A stretch of 31,851 nucleotides of DNA from Promethearchaeota archaeon (GCA_048938295.1 JBHLMI010000028.1:1-31851); one strand, 5' to 3'; shown: positions 17,618 through 25,964, numbered from the stretch's first letter. Numbers and translations: made by a program. Notes: generated from the letters alone by a model not told the origin.

Positions 17618-17998
17618 ATGCCCCTTTGGCAAGGTAAATCAAAACGATATCACACAGGTGCTAGACGAAGAATTTCACGGAAGCATCGAAAATTCGAAAG
17701 AGGTAGCCAAGCCACCGAAACCATATTGGGCGAAAAGAAGCTGAGAGTTAAACGGGCTCTCGGTGGGAATTCTAAACATCGTTTACTTGCTGCCTCCTAT
17801 GCCAATGTCACCGATAAGGTCTCAGGCACTTCAGAAAAAGCGAAAATCATTCAGGTCTTACAAAACCCAGCGAATGTTGATTTTGATCGTCGTGGGGTAA
17901 TAACGAAAGGAACCATTATTGAGACTGAAAAAGGGAGAGCCGTTGTGACGAGTCGTCCAGGTCAAAATGGCGTAGTTGATGCCATTAAAATTGAATAA
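17618..17998 (+). CDS. rps8e: 30S ribosomal protein S8e
   Basis: WQGKS.R..TG.R....RK.RKFE.G, R..GGN.K.RL, NPAN..F.RR.VITKG.IIET..G.A.VTSRPGQ.G. Real start is ATG 17618 after GAGGT; the ORF track over-extends it. Confidence 0.95.
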   Translation: MPLWQGKSKRYHTGARRRISRKHRKFERGSQATETILGEKKLRVKRALGGNSKHRLLAASYANVTDKVSGTSEKAKIIQVLQNPANVDFDRRGVITKGTIIETEKGRAVVTSRPGQNGVVDAIKIE

Positions 17999-18002
17999 GA
18001 CG

Positions 18003-18380
18003 CTACTCCTTTTCAACTTCGGCTTGGATATCTTTGATAACACATTCCCTCCCTTGAATGATCTCTACATCCTTTGATTGACACTTTGGGCATGCCAGAG
18101 AAATCAAAATTTCGTATAGCGCGCCTTCTTCAGGCACTTCAGATTCTTTATCGCATTCTCTGCAACGAATCTTCGTAGCGAGTGGTTCAAAGGTTACCTT
18201 AGCGTCTTCCGCAACCGATCCCTTTGCTGCTATCTCGATACCAAAGAGTAATTGGTCATGGTTTAGCATCGATAATTTTCCTATCTGTAATGTAATCCCA
18301 AGTACCTTCGTCGCACCATAACTTGTTGCGGCTCGTTTCACGGCTTCTATAATGTTCACTGCCGTCGAAAATTCGTGCAT
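18003..18380 (-). CDS. hypA: Hydrogenase maturation nickel metallochaperone HypA
   Basis: N-terminal MHE, two CxxC motifs (CREC, CPKC), GRE near the C-terminus. Confidence 0.93.
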   Translation of the reverse strand: MHEFSTAVNIIEAVKRAATSYGATKVLGITLQIGKLSMLNHDQLLFGIEIAAKGSVAEDAKVTFEPLATKIRCRECDKESEVPEEGALYEILISLACPKCQSKDVEIIQGRECVIKDIQAEVEKE

Positions 18381-18475
18381 AGTATCTCAACCCGTCTACT
18401 CAGAACTTTTCAACCTTGTCCCCTTACAAAAGCAAAACTTTTGTTTACCAATGGTTGCTATGAAGACGGTCTAGA

Positions 18476-18778
18476 ATGCGAAAATCAGGAAACTACTACA
18501 TATATCCCGCGTATTTCGAGGCAAACCGAAGTCGCCATTCCGGACGACGTGTTCCCAAGAAACTTGCTCTAACGGCTGTAACGACATCGATGATTGCACA
18601 AGCTGCACAACGACTTGGGTTAGACTACACTATTGAATCGAAGACTCGCTATCCGGCAAGTTGGTGGGTTTCTTCGGGGGTCGTCTTGATAAAGAAGCCC
18701 GAAAATCAGACCAAAACCAAACTCCTCAAAGAACTTGCTAAAATCATGATCACCTTGAAAGAGGTTGGTAAAAAATAG
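18476..18778 (+). CDS. srp19: Signal recognition particle protein SRP19
   Basis: IYPAYF....SR..GRRVPK.LA, LG......K..YP..WW...G.V.I.K...KT.LLK.LA. Confidence 0.92.
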   Translation: MRKSGNYYIYPAYFEANRSRHSGRRVPKKLALTAVTTSMIAQAAQRLGLDYTIESKTRYPASWWVSSGVVLIKKPENQTKTKLLKELAKIMITLKEVGKK

Positions 18779-18964
18779 GGTCTACAGGTAGAGAAACCCA
18801 ATCTTTCGAATGAGATTATCAAAGAATGGTTTTTAGACCAATTTGGGGCACCACTGATCAAGAATCACCACTAATTAATGACCACTGCCGATCTGTGCTT
18901 TACTTTTCCGGCAGCCTAGGTTACCCTTTATACCACCTCGCATCCCGGAATATCCAGGGGATTC

Positions 18965-18976
18965 AAGTTATAACTT
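18965..18976. promoter_or_regulatory. Perfect 12-bp palindrome AAGTTATAACTT containing a TATA box on both strands
   Basis: Read directly. The same AAGTTATA core occurs at the uppS (minus strand) and RB3/RB4 promoters. Confidence 0.5.
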
Positions 18977-18983
18977 AGCATGG

Positions 18984-19110
18984 GTCGCCGCCAGTTGGGT
19001 GGAGACAGTAAACGCCTGTCATGAGGCAGGAGGTTGCAGGTCCTTTGGTCCAGTGTCCGTCGATGATATAGGAACCGAACACCAGTCCGAAGTACTGGCT
19101 GGGCAAGTTT
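18984..19110 (+). ncRNA. Candidate structured non-coding RNA or leader, family not recognised
   Basis: About 57% GC (73 of 128 nt counted) versus low-40s in sampled lines. Several hairpins, TATA upstream, no credible ORF. Confidence 0.3.
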
Positions 19111-19235
19111 CAGACAACGGTTACAAACGTCAACTTATTTGCTCAGAAAAGCAGGCAAATGTTTTTAAGTGATGGTCTGTTTCTCACCTCTTAACCCCCC
19201 AAGACCTAATTCTAGCCTTCCCAGGAGTCGATCTG

Positions 19236-19502
19236 CTGCAAGGAATTGGTCAAGTTCTACACATTTCCGCGCAAGGAAATGTCATCGCGCGTCTAAATCA
19301 TGCTGTACGACTAGGGACACGCGTTTTTGCAAGTCAATCTCACCCCATTGGTAAAGTAATTGATATCTTTGGCTCAACTATTCAACCGTTTGCTGCGCTA
19401 AAACCCGAATCAAAGATTACAGACGCTGTGGTGCCTCCTGGGACAACTCTCTATATAAAGAAGGCTCCAAGAGGAGGCGTAGGGAAACGACGAAAGAAGT
19501 AA
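19236..19502 (+). CDS. gar1: H/ACA RNP subunit Gar1/Naf1
   Basis: Not in the ORF track. Hand translation gives [19 protein letters not shown]...[20 protein letters not shown]...LYIKK, the Gar1 pattern LGxVLH...GxVxDxFGPxxxPYxxxKP. The frame has no ATG/GTG/TTG start; CTG 19236, 8 nt after AGGAG, is proposed. Confidence 0.85.
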   Translation: MQGIGQVLHISAQGNVIARLNHAVRLGTRVFASQSHPIGKVIDIFGSTIQPFAALKPESKITDAVVPPGTTLYIKKAPRGGVGKRRKK

Positions 19503-20416
19503 GTGCAGCTGCACTCGCTCATTGTCCTGACTGTGGTACTACCCGTCTCGTGAAAGACTATTCAAGAGCGGAAATTATATGCATGAACTGTGGACTCGTA
19601 CTCACGGATCGGATCATCGATGAAGGTCCTGAATGGAGGGCCTTTGACCAAGAACAACGTGATAAACGTGCGCGTGTTGGAGCACCCCTGACCTTCACTA
19701 TACATGATAAGGGTCTTTCAACGATGATTGATTGGCGCAATCGTGATAGTTATGGGAAGGACTTAGCTCCAAAACGCCGAGCGCAAATCTATCGACTTCG
19801 CAAATGGCAACGCCGAATCCGTGTTTCTGATGCGACTGAACGCAATCTGGCATATGCTCTTTCAGAACTTGACCGTATGGCATCAAGCCTTGGTCTTCCA
19901 CGCAACGTTCGTGAAATCGCGGCAATGCTTTATCGCAAGGCTGTTGAACAACGTTTAATTCGAGGACGATCGATTGAAGGCGTGGCTGCTGCAGCTCTAT
20001 ATGCAGCGTGCCGTCAGTCACGTATCCCCCGAACACTCGACGAAGTTGCAGAGGTTTCAAGAGTCGGCAAAAAGGAGATTGGACGAAGTTACCGTTTCAT
20101 CGCGCGTGAACTCCGTCTCTCAATCCCTCCCACCTCTCCAATAGATTATGTTCCCCGGTTTATCAGCGAACTGAAATTAATTGGCGAGGTCCAAGCGCAG
20201 TCCATTCAAATTTTAAAAATGGCTGCTAACAAAGGATTAACAAGTGGTCGAGGACCAACAGGCGTCGCGGCAGCAGCTATCTACGTTGCAAGCGTGTTAG
20301 CAAACTCACGGCGAACGCAACGCGAGGTGGCTGCAGTGGCGCGCGTCACTGAAGTTACAGTCCGAAATCGGTACAAAGAACTTGTGGAAAAATTAGATCT
20401 CGAAGTTCCTCTTTAG
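19487..20416 (+). CDS. tfb: Transcription initiation factor IIB (TFB)
   Basis: Zn ribbon CPDCG (19523-19537)...[16 protein letters not shown]-reader, ERNL..AL.EL, two cyclin repeats, [26 protein letters not shown]. The first CxxC lies upstream of the ORF-track start; the start is placed provisionally at ACG 19487. Confidence 0.93.
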   Translation, partial: TTKEVSAAALAHCPDCGTTRLVKDYSRAEIICMNCGLVLTDRIIDEGPEWRAFDQEQRDKRARVGAPLTFTIHDKGLSTMIDWRNRDSYGKDLAPKRRAQIYRLRKWQRRIRVSDATERNLAYALSELDRMASSLGLPRNVREIAAMLYRKAVEQRLIRGRSIEGVAAAALYAACRQSRIPRTLDEVAEVSRVGKKEIGRSYRFIARELRLSIPPTSPIDYVPRFISELKLIGEVQAQSIQILKMAANKGLTSGRGPTGVAAAAIYVASVLANSRRTQREVAAVARVTEVTVRNRYKELVEKLDLEVPL

Positions 20417-20427
20417 CGGGTATTCAT

Positions 20428-20461
20428 AGGGCGAACCTATTCGCCCTTTTTCCTTTCTTTT
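20428..20461 (+). terminator. Hairpin plus T-tract terminator after tfb
   Basis: AGGGCGAA-CCTA-TTCGCCCT 8-bp stem followed by TTTTCCTTTCTTTT, 11 nt after the tfb stop. Confidence 0.7.
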
Positions 20462-20514
20462 CGTTGGCGTTTGAAAGGTTTTTTATTCAGCGGACTTGTT
20501 TCCTAGATGATGTT

Positions 20515-20844
20515 ATGGAATCGGGTGCTCTCCAAGTCATTAGGGACGCGGGAAAGCAGGGCATACTTCTTGCAGAGTTAGTTAAAAAAATGGACAAACC
20601 CGAATCAACTATCCTTAAGGATATTGATTCTCTGAGCAAAAATGGTCAAATCAAGAAGGTTACAGAAAACCACGATGGGAAATCTACCTTTAGACTGATC
20701 TGGCAAGATTCTGAGCCGGAATGGGACACACATGAAGGCTGTCCGTGTTTTATCTGTCCCGATATAGACCAATGCGGCGCAGCGCAACCGACAAACCCTT
20801 GGGTCTGTGAGAAACTGAATAAATGGATCAAAGATTGTCTATAA
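20515..20844 (+). CDS. tfeB: TFE-beta / RPC34(C39)-like winged-helix protein with C-terminal Fe-S Cys cluster
   Basis: wHTH (GILLAELVKKM.....I...I..L.KNG.IKK) followed by PCFICPDIDQC....NPWVC.KL.KW, matching PCxxCx5C...PxxC. Next to tfb; start ATG 20515. Confidence 0.8.
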   Translation: MESGALQVIRDAGKQGILLAELVKKMDKPESTILKDIDSLSKNGQIKKVTENHDGKSTFRLIWQDSEPEWDTHEGCPCFICPDIDQCGAAQPTNPWVCEKLNKWIKDCL

Positions 20845-21451
20845 TGACGGGTTCTGAAACGCCGCTGAATCCCTTGGCTACTAAATAGATCTCTGGGCTC
20901 CGTTTAAACGAAGCTTGTGGTTTATACGTTTTCACCAAACGAAACGACTTTCGCGTCATTAGAACGAAGTCACGAAATTCATCAGATTGAAAGACTTTCG
21001 TCACAAAACGCCCTTCTCGTTCAAGTAATTTTGTAGCAAACTGAAATGATAGTTTTGCTAGCCACAATTGCCGTTCTCTATCAAGGGATTTATTCCCAGA
21101 CAATTTTGGTGCGCAATCACTGAGAACAACTTGGGCAGGCTTTTCGAGAACTCCTAAGACTTGGTTTGCTAGCTCAGGAGCTTCGAGACAACTTTGAATA
21201 ATATTTACACCCGGGATTGGTTTGACATATACTATATCAATTCCTATAATGCTTGTTTTAGAAACATCACAGCGTTCCTTTATTACTTGCAACCAAGACC
21301 CTGGAGCACAACAAAGATCAACGATTCGCGTGGTGTCTTTGAATATCTCAAAACGGTCGTCGATTTCTAATAATTTGAAAGCTGCACGTGACCGATATCC
21401 AGCCTTTCGGGCTTGTCTCCGGTAGACTTCATCTTTCTTCCATCGTGTCAT
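20828..21451 (-). CDS. rlmE: RlmE/FtsJ 2'-O RNA methyltransferase
   Basis: GYRSRAAFKL, DL.CAPGSWLQV, VLSD.AP, FVTKVF, KP.AS...S.EIY (K-D-K-E tetrad present). Confidence 0.93.
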   Translation of the reverse strand: MTRWKKDEVYRRQARKAGYRSRAAFKLLEIDDRFEIFKDTTRIVDLCCAPGSWLQVIKERCDVSKTSIIGIDIVYVKPIPGVNIIQSCLEAPELANQVLGVLEKPAQVVLSDCAPKLSGNKSLDRERQLWLAKLSFQFATKLLEREGRFVTKVFQSDEFRDFVLMTRKSFRLVKTYKPQASFKRSPEIYLVAKGFSGVSEPVIIDNL

Positions 21452-21455
21452 CGCG

Positions 21456-22628
21456 TCATTCCTTCACAGCAAGCGATAAAAGAAGCTGGCTCAAGGTCCA
21501 TTCACTGGCAGATGTGCGAATTGCATGAGGTGTAAAATGGGTTCGCGCACAGAATTCACCGTTATCACGCAGTCTTTTGATCACATCTTGAAAAGGAGGG
21601 ACTGACATATTCAGTTTATCTGCTAAATGATGCAGGTCATAGTAGGTTGGAGGGCCATTCACTTCTTCTTTGAGTATGCTCAAAAGTGTTGAGATTCTTC
21701 GTTTCTTACCTAGCGAAAAGTTATCTAGGTTTTGAAGCATTTTACTGATAAATGCTTCATGCCCTAATTTGCCTATCCAGAGCGGTCCAATCAATCGGGT
21801 ATTTTCAGCTTTGCATTGATCACAAGACACGGTCTGCGGTATCAAACCTTCCGTAATTGAACGATGTCCACACTGTTCGCAATGGACGAAGAATCCCAAT
21901 TGTGAAACAGCCTTCCATGTATCCTTGTCTCCATCCTCTGCCAAGCAACAGAGTCGAACATAATGATCTATCGAAAACGATAGCAATGGACTGAGTCCGA
22001 TGTTTAATGGGGCCGCTTGTCGTACAGCACACCCCATCAATATTCGCACCGCCAGCTCATGCGCGTATTCAGTTTTCAAAGGAACGGCGGCATATCGTTT
22101 GATACATGCTTGGTGTCGAATTCCGACCAAGACAGGCAAGTCCGTTGCAGTGAGACAGAGTAAAGCTGGAGGTTTTAACGCCCTAATGGCAGAATCGAAA
22201 AATTCTCGTGGACTACCGAACGGATCAATGTCAATAACATCAAATTTCTCGTGGAATGTGGTATATTGGCTTAGTAACTGATTAGCATCCTTGTGATAAA
22301 TTTCGAGCAGGTTTCCGACATTGTTCATATCTCGATTCGTTCTTATCAAGTCAACGGCATGAGGGTTTGCATCACCCACAATCACCTTTTTAATTCCTGT
22401 AACTTCTTTCGCAAAACGAATAGGTCGCACACCCGTTCCTGCTAATGGAGTGCACACTCGGACACACTGTTTTTCATATTCAGTGATGAATGTTTGTAAT
22501 GCAACAACCGCTATGTCTCGGTTTAGTTCAGATAGTGGGTTGAAAAACACCGTCATATTAGTAGTCGGAACGTCCTGCAAAGGCGGACGAAGAAAGGTAA
22601 TGACGCCTTCTTGGTGTTCCTCGTACAA
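21456..22628 (-). CDS. trm1: tRNA (guanine26-N2)-dimethyltransferase Trm1
   Basis: VFFNP....NRD, GTGVR.IRF, DIDPFGSP, L.LTATD, HE.AVRIL, DHYVR, CxxC pair, GPLWIG, RTHF....IRT. TTG start after GAGGAG. Confidence 0.95.
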   Translation of the reverse strand: MYEEHQEGVITFLRPPLQDVPTTNMTVFFNPLSELNRDIAVVALQTFITEYEKQCVRVCTPLAGTGVRPIRFAKEVTGIKKVIVGDANPHAVDLIRTNRDMNNVGNLLEIYHKDANQLLSQYTTFHEKFDVIDIDPFGSPREFFDSAIRALKPPALLCLTATDLPVLVGIRHQACIKRYAAVPLKTEYAHELAVRILMGCAVRQAAPLNIGLSPLLSFSIDHYVRLCCLAEDGDKDTWKAVSQLGFFVHCEQCGHRSITEGLIPQTVSCDQCKAENTRLIGPLWIGKLGHEAFISKMLQNLDNFSLGKKRRISTLLSILKEEVNGPPTYYDLHHLADKLNMSVPPFQDVIKRLRDNGEFCARTHFTPHAIRTSASEWTLSQLLLSLAVKE

Positions 22629-22629
22629 T

Positions 22630-23589
22630 TCAAGCTCCTCGACGGCTGTGTATTAACTCGATGAACTCATTTGGGTCCTCTAAAGACAGGAGCTCCTTGA
22701 TATACACAACTGGTATACCATTAATTACTTCGACAGTACGAGAATCAGATGCGATAATTGCTGGCTCTTCTTTTAGTACATCAGCCAACCTTGCTAAAAA
22801 CTCAAGTCGAGTCTCATCAAGCCGTTCAAGACGCTGTTTTAAGTAACTCAGAAAGACATGTTGATGCAAGGATGCAAGCAGATTAAAGGGTGCATCATGA
22901 GCCACGGTTGAATCAAAACCCAACCGCGAGAAAATCCCGATTGTTGTTTGTATAAGGCGTGTTTGTCTACCAGACGATTTCTCTCCGATCTTAGATTTGC
23001 CTGACACGGCGATGGACTCCAAAAGGTTAAGGGGCTCTATTAAGCTCGTTTCAAGGAGTTCCTCTAACCCAAGCGCTATATCAATTGTAGGACTTATAGT
23101 CCCTCTCTCGTACTCGTATATCGCCCGTCGAGAAAGTCCCAACTCCTCGGCAATATCTCCACGTGATAAATTCAGTGTTTCACGAGCTTTCTTTAGTTTA
23201 TTACCATCCAGAATGACGTAAATACCCCCTTTTTTGGCAAGGAGAAAAGGAAGTGCATTTTCTTCCAACATTCGACGAAGTGTTTCAAGACTAATTGCAG
23301 GAATCGAACCCCTCGTATGGACAACACCATCTTGTAGGGGGCGTTTCCGAGTACGCTCTCCGATGATTAAGGGAGTACATCGAAGAATTGAACAGATTTT
23401 ACTAAGTTCTTCTCGAACATGAGACTCAACGTTATCAATTGTAAGGCTAACTTTAATGGCGATACGTCCTGATCCCTCATCGATAATGCTGTCAAAGCAG
23501 TATTCCGGATTGAAGGTGGTGGCATGTTCTCTGGCAGCCGTATCTAAGACATCTCGAACGTCATCAAGATACCGTTGCTTTGACTGCAT
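22630..23589 (-). CDS. Conserved archaeal HTH-type transcriptional regulator (COG1395-like)
   Basis: CFD......IKV...ID, PLIIGER, L.DGVV..R..IP, GG.YV..DG..L...RE..LSRG..A..LG.SRR.IY.YE.G XRE HTH. ATG 23589 follows the DUF61 stop. Confidence 0.82.
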   Translation of the reverse strand: MQSKQRYLDDVRDVLDTAAREHATTFNPEYCFDSIIDEGSGRIAIKVSLTIDNVESHVREELSKICSILRCTPLIIGERTRKRPLQDGVVHTRGSIPAISLETLRRMLEENALPFLLAKKGGIYVILDGNKLKKARETLNLSRGDIAEELGLSRRAIYEYERGTISPTIDIALGLEELLETSLIEPLNLLESIAVSGKSKIGEKSSGRQTRLIQTTIGIFSRLGFDSTVAHDAPFNLLASLHQHVFLSYLKQRLERLDETRLEFLARLADVLKEEPAIIASDSRTVEVINGIPVVYIKELLSLEDPNEFIELIHSRRGA

Positions 23590-23590
23590 T

Positions 23591-24025
23591 TTATTTTCCA
23601 AATCCTATCGTCACTATGGTCGGTAATTTCTGTCTTAAGAGACCCACTTCAGGGGAATAAATAATTCGGGGTAACTCTATGGAACGCCACAACTCAAATG
23701 GTCCTTCAACTCTTCCCAAAATCCATAAAACCGTGAATTGTTCAAGCTTTGAACCGCCAATCGTATGAGCTCCTGGGCCCAGCGAAGTCCTTCGTAGGAC
23801 CGTGAATGGAAGCATAAGTTTGCTATGATACTCCTGTGGAACCGCCTTTGCCAATTCTCTTAGTTCCTCCACGCGGACTGCACTTTTCTGCCCTTCTCGC
23901 GTTATGAAGCCCGGTGTCTTTTCATCTAATAATTCGGAAAGAGACTTCTTAGTTTTAGGCATATGATCATTAATTTGCGCGATCTCTCTTTCAAGACCAG
24001 AGAGGAAGCCAGAATATTTCTTCAT
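23591..24025 (-). CDS. DUF61 family protein
   Basis: INDHMP..KKSL.ELL.E..P....R.G.......EL..L....P......L.LP pattern. Overlaps the fibrillarin stop (TAATG). Confidence 0.72.
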   Translation of the reverse strand: MKKYSGFLSGLEREIAQINDHMPKTKKSLSELLDEKTPGFITREGQKSAVRVEELRELAKAVPQEYHSKLMLPFTVLRRTSLGPGAHTIGGSKLEQFTVLWILGRVEGPFELWRSIELPRIIYSPEVGLLRQKLPTIVTIGFGK

Positions 24026-24711
24026 TACTCGCTTTCACCATAAATAGCGCTTAAAAAAACATGGTCAGCAGAAAAGGGGTCCAACGAGAATCGATCTACT
24101 ACGGTAAATTCAGATTGTGCTAATGTTTTTTCTTCACGGCTAAATATTCGCGTTGGCTTAGCTGCAACATCGATACTTCTAGCCTTAATGGCAACGTATG
24201 CGGTTCCTCCAGATCGAAGAAATCGTTTCGCATTTTGGACAAGAATTTTTGCTTGGTTGGGTTGAGCCACATCCTGGTACAACACATCAACCATTTCAGG
24301 TATTTGGATATAAGATTCAGGATATCGTGCATCTGCCATAATCGGAATCATATTCTTCCGTATAGCACAGACCGGGACAAGCTCACGCATCATTCTGGGG
24401 GCGAATTCAACACAATATACCCGTCCTTCCGAACCGATTAAATCTGATACATGACTCGCTGTTGTACCTGACGATGCTCCCAAATAAAGGACAGATGCCC
24501 CGGGAACAAAGGCGAACGCTTCAAGACCCTTAAGCAGAGCTGCAGCTAGCTTACTACGATAAGGATCCCAAATTCGGAATTCCGAGCTTCCTTTGATGAT
24601 TATCTGCTCATTATAAACTGTACTTCCTGGAACGAAATTCAGAGTAGCAGGCCGTTTCGCTCCTGCATCCATATGAGCCCAAAATACTCCTGGTCGCTTC
24701 TTATCTTCCAT
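24025..24711 (-). CDS. flpA: Fibrillarin, C/D box RNP 2'-O-methyltransferase
   Basis: G..VY.E, R.WDPYRSKLAAA, LYLGASSGTT.SHVSD, VEF.PR, DARYP..Y, DVAQP.Q, KARSID. ATG 24711 preferred over TTG 24723. Confidence 0.96.
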   Translation of the reverse strand: MEDKKRPGVFWAHMDAGAKRPATLNFVPGSTVYNEQIIIKGSSEFRIWDPYRSKLAAALLKGLEAFAFVPGASVLYLGASSGTTASHVSDLIGSEGRVYCVEFAPRMMRELVPVCAIRKNMIPIMADARYPESYIQIPEMVDVLYQDVAQPNQAKILVQNAKRFLRSGGTAYVAIKARSIDVAAKPTRIFSREEKTLAQSEFTVVDRFSLDPFSADHVFLSAIYGESE

Positions 24712-24719
24712 GACATCAA

Positions 24720-25964
24720 TCAACCCTTTTCCCTCCGAGAATCGATTCGACGTTTTTTCTGCGCATGCGCTTTAATCCGCTTACCATACCGTTTCCCTTT
24801 TAGTGGTCGCTTTTGTGATTTTGAGGGTGAAGTCTTAGGTGCCGCAGGATATTTTCGTTTGACTTCAGCAACCCGTGATTGAACGTTCTGCTTCAACTCC
24901 TCAGCGACATATTGACCCGAATACAAATCAATCCGTGCGGCAATTGCGATTTTTCCTGCTAAGATTCGAGCTATTTTTCCTCGTTGCCACCACGGGGCAG
25001 AATGAACAAGAGTGTGCTGGAAAATAACTCCGTGCTTTGGCGGTCTGGCACCGGTTTTCAACGCGCGAAAGAGCGCTTGTTCGGCACCAAGCACTTGAAT
25101 AGTGCTAGCCGGAAAACGTGCAAGTTTTTGCATTCCTCCCGCTAAGCCAATTAGACGGGCTCCTATTACGGGGCCAATTAATCCCCTTAGATTCGGTGCT
25201 ACGATTCGCATTGATTCATCAAGGTATTTTTCCAACTGTTCTCTGAACTTGTAAAGTTCAAGAATTTGCTGAGCCAATGATTGAATCACGACCATATCTT
25301 GTTCGGGAATATCAGCTCCCATAGACTGACTAAGTGATTCTGTTTTTACAGATGAATCAGCAATCAGATTCATTAATTCGGGCTCGTTTTCAATGCGCGC
25401 TCTTGAACCGCCTTCTACTACAATACGGGCAAGAGTTTGACCATTCTCAATAGCATGCGCCGCTTCGGGAAAATGTAGTCCATACCATTCTCGAAGTCGT
25501 GAAACCATTAGATTTTGTACCTTTTCTACGTCATCCAAGGAATTCATCGCTTGAATAACTAATTGATCGCCTTGCTCAGAGGCTTCCCGAATGGCTAGCC
25601 GTGAAATTCCGACGGCTACTTCATTGAGTACCTTTTCCTTTTTGGACGCAAAGATTCGACTCAAGAATTCCTGACGAACCTTTCGCCATAGCCGAACATC
25701 TTCGTATTGTTGTGCGCTCACTTCATATACTCTTGAAAGTTCATCTGCCAACGCCTTTGATTCCACAAAGAATCGCTTAATATCCTTCTCTGCTAAGGCA
25801 TCAAGAAATTCCGCAATTTGTGGGGTGACTACTCCTCGTCGAAGCCGATCATGGGTTTGTATGATATCGTCTATTGTCTCACCTAAACTAGTCTCAGAAA
25901 TAACCGAAAACTGCTCATTAATACAGTATATTTTACCAATGCCAATGACAAGAAAGGCATCCAT
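24720..25964 (-). CDS. nop5: C/D box RNP subunit Nop5 (Nop56/58)
   Basis: RLREWYGLHFPE, SMGAD, APNL..L.GP.IGARLI..AGG...LA..PASTIQVLGAE.ALF, PKHGVIFQH, RGKIAR.LA.K, basic tail. ATG 25964 after GGTGA. Confidence 0.96.
   Translation of the reverse strand: MDAFLVIGIGKIYCINEQFSVISETSLGETIDDIIQTHDRLRRGVVTPQIAEFLDALAEKDIKRFFVESKALADELSRVYEVSAQQYEDVRLWRKVRQEFLSRIFASKKEKVLNEVAVGISRLAIREASEQGDQLVIQAMNSLDDVEKVQNLMVSRLREWYGLHFPEAAHAIENGQTLARIVVEGGSRARIENEPELMNLIADSSVKTESLSQSMGADIPEQDMVVIQSLAQQILELYKFREQLEKYLDESMRIVAPNLRGLIGPVIGARLIGLAGGMQKLARFPASTIQVLGAEQALFRALKTGARPPKHGVIFQHTLVHSAPWWQRGKIARILAGKIAIAARIDLYSGQYVAEELKQNVQSRVAEVKRKYPAAPKTSPSKSQKRPLKGKRYGKRIKAHAQKKRRIDSRREKG

Noticed and set aside
19021-19066. 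ATGA...GA resembling an Asgard/eukaryote-type SECIS core
   Set aside because: No apical AA motif or matching stem, and no gene nearby with an in-frame TGA at a Cys position.
19075-19098. 5S rRNA-like words CCGAACAC and AGTACTGG
   Set aside because: Their spacing is much shorter than in 5S rRNA, and the intervening GAAGTTAAG segment and terminal helix are missing.
18826-19172. Small ORFs in the srp19-gar1 gap (18826-18978, 50 aa; GTG 18999-19172, 57 aa)
   Set aside because: No recognisable homology and no convincing RBS. They cannot be excluded but are not supportable.
18779-19235. SRP (7S) RNA expected beside srp19
   Set aside because: No helix-8 CAGG-stem-GRRA-stem-AGCA motif on either strand, and the GC-rich part is far shorter than about 300 nt.
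23300-23310. tRNA T-loop-like GGTTCGATTCC on the minus strand
   Set aside because: It lies inside the HTH regulator CDS (encodes GSIP), and no cloverleaf surrounds it.
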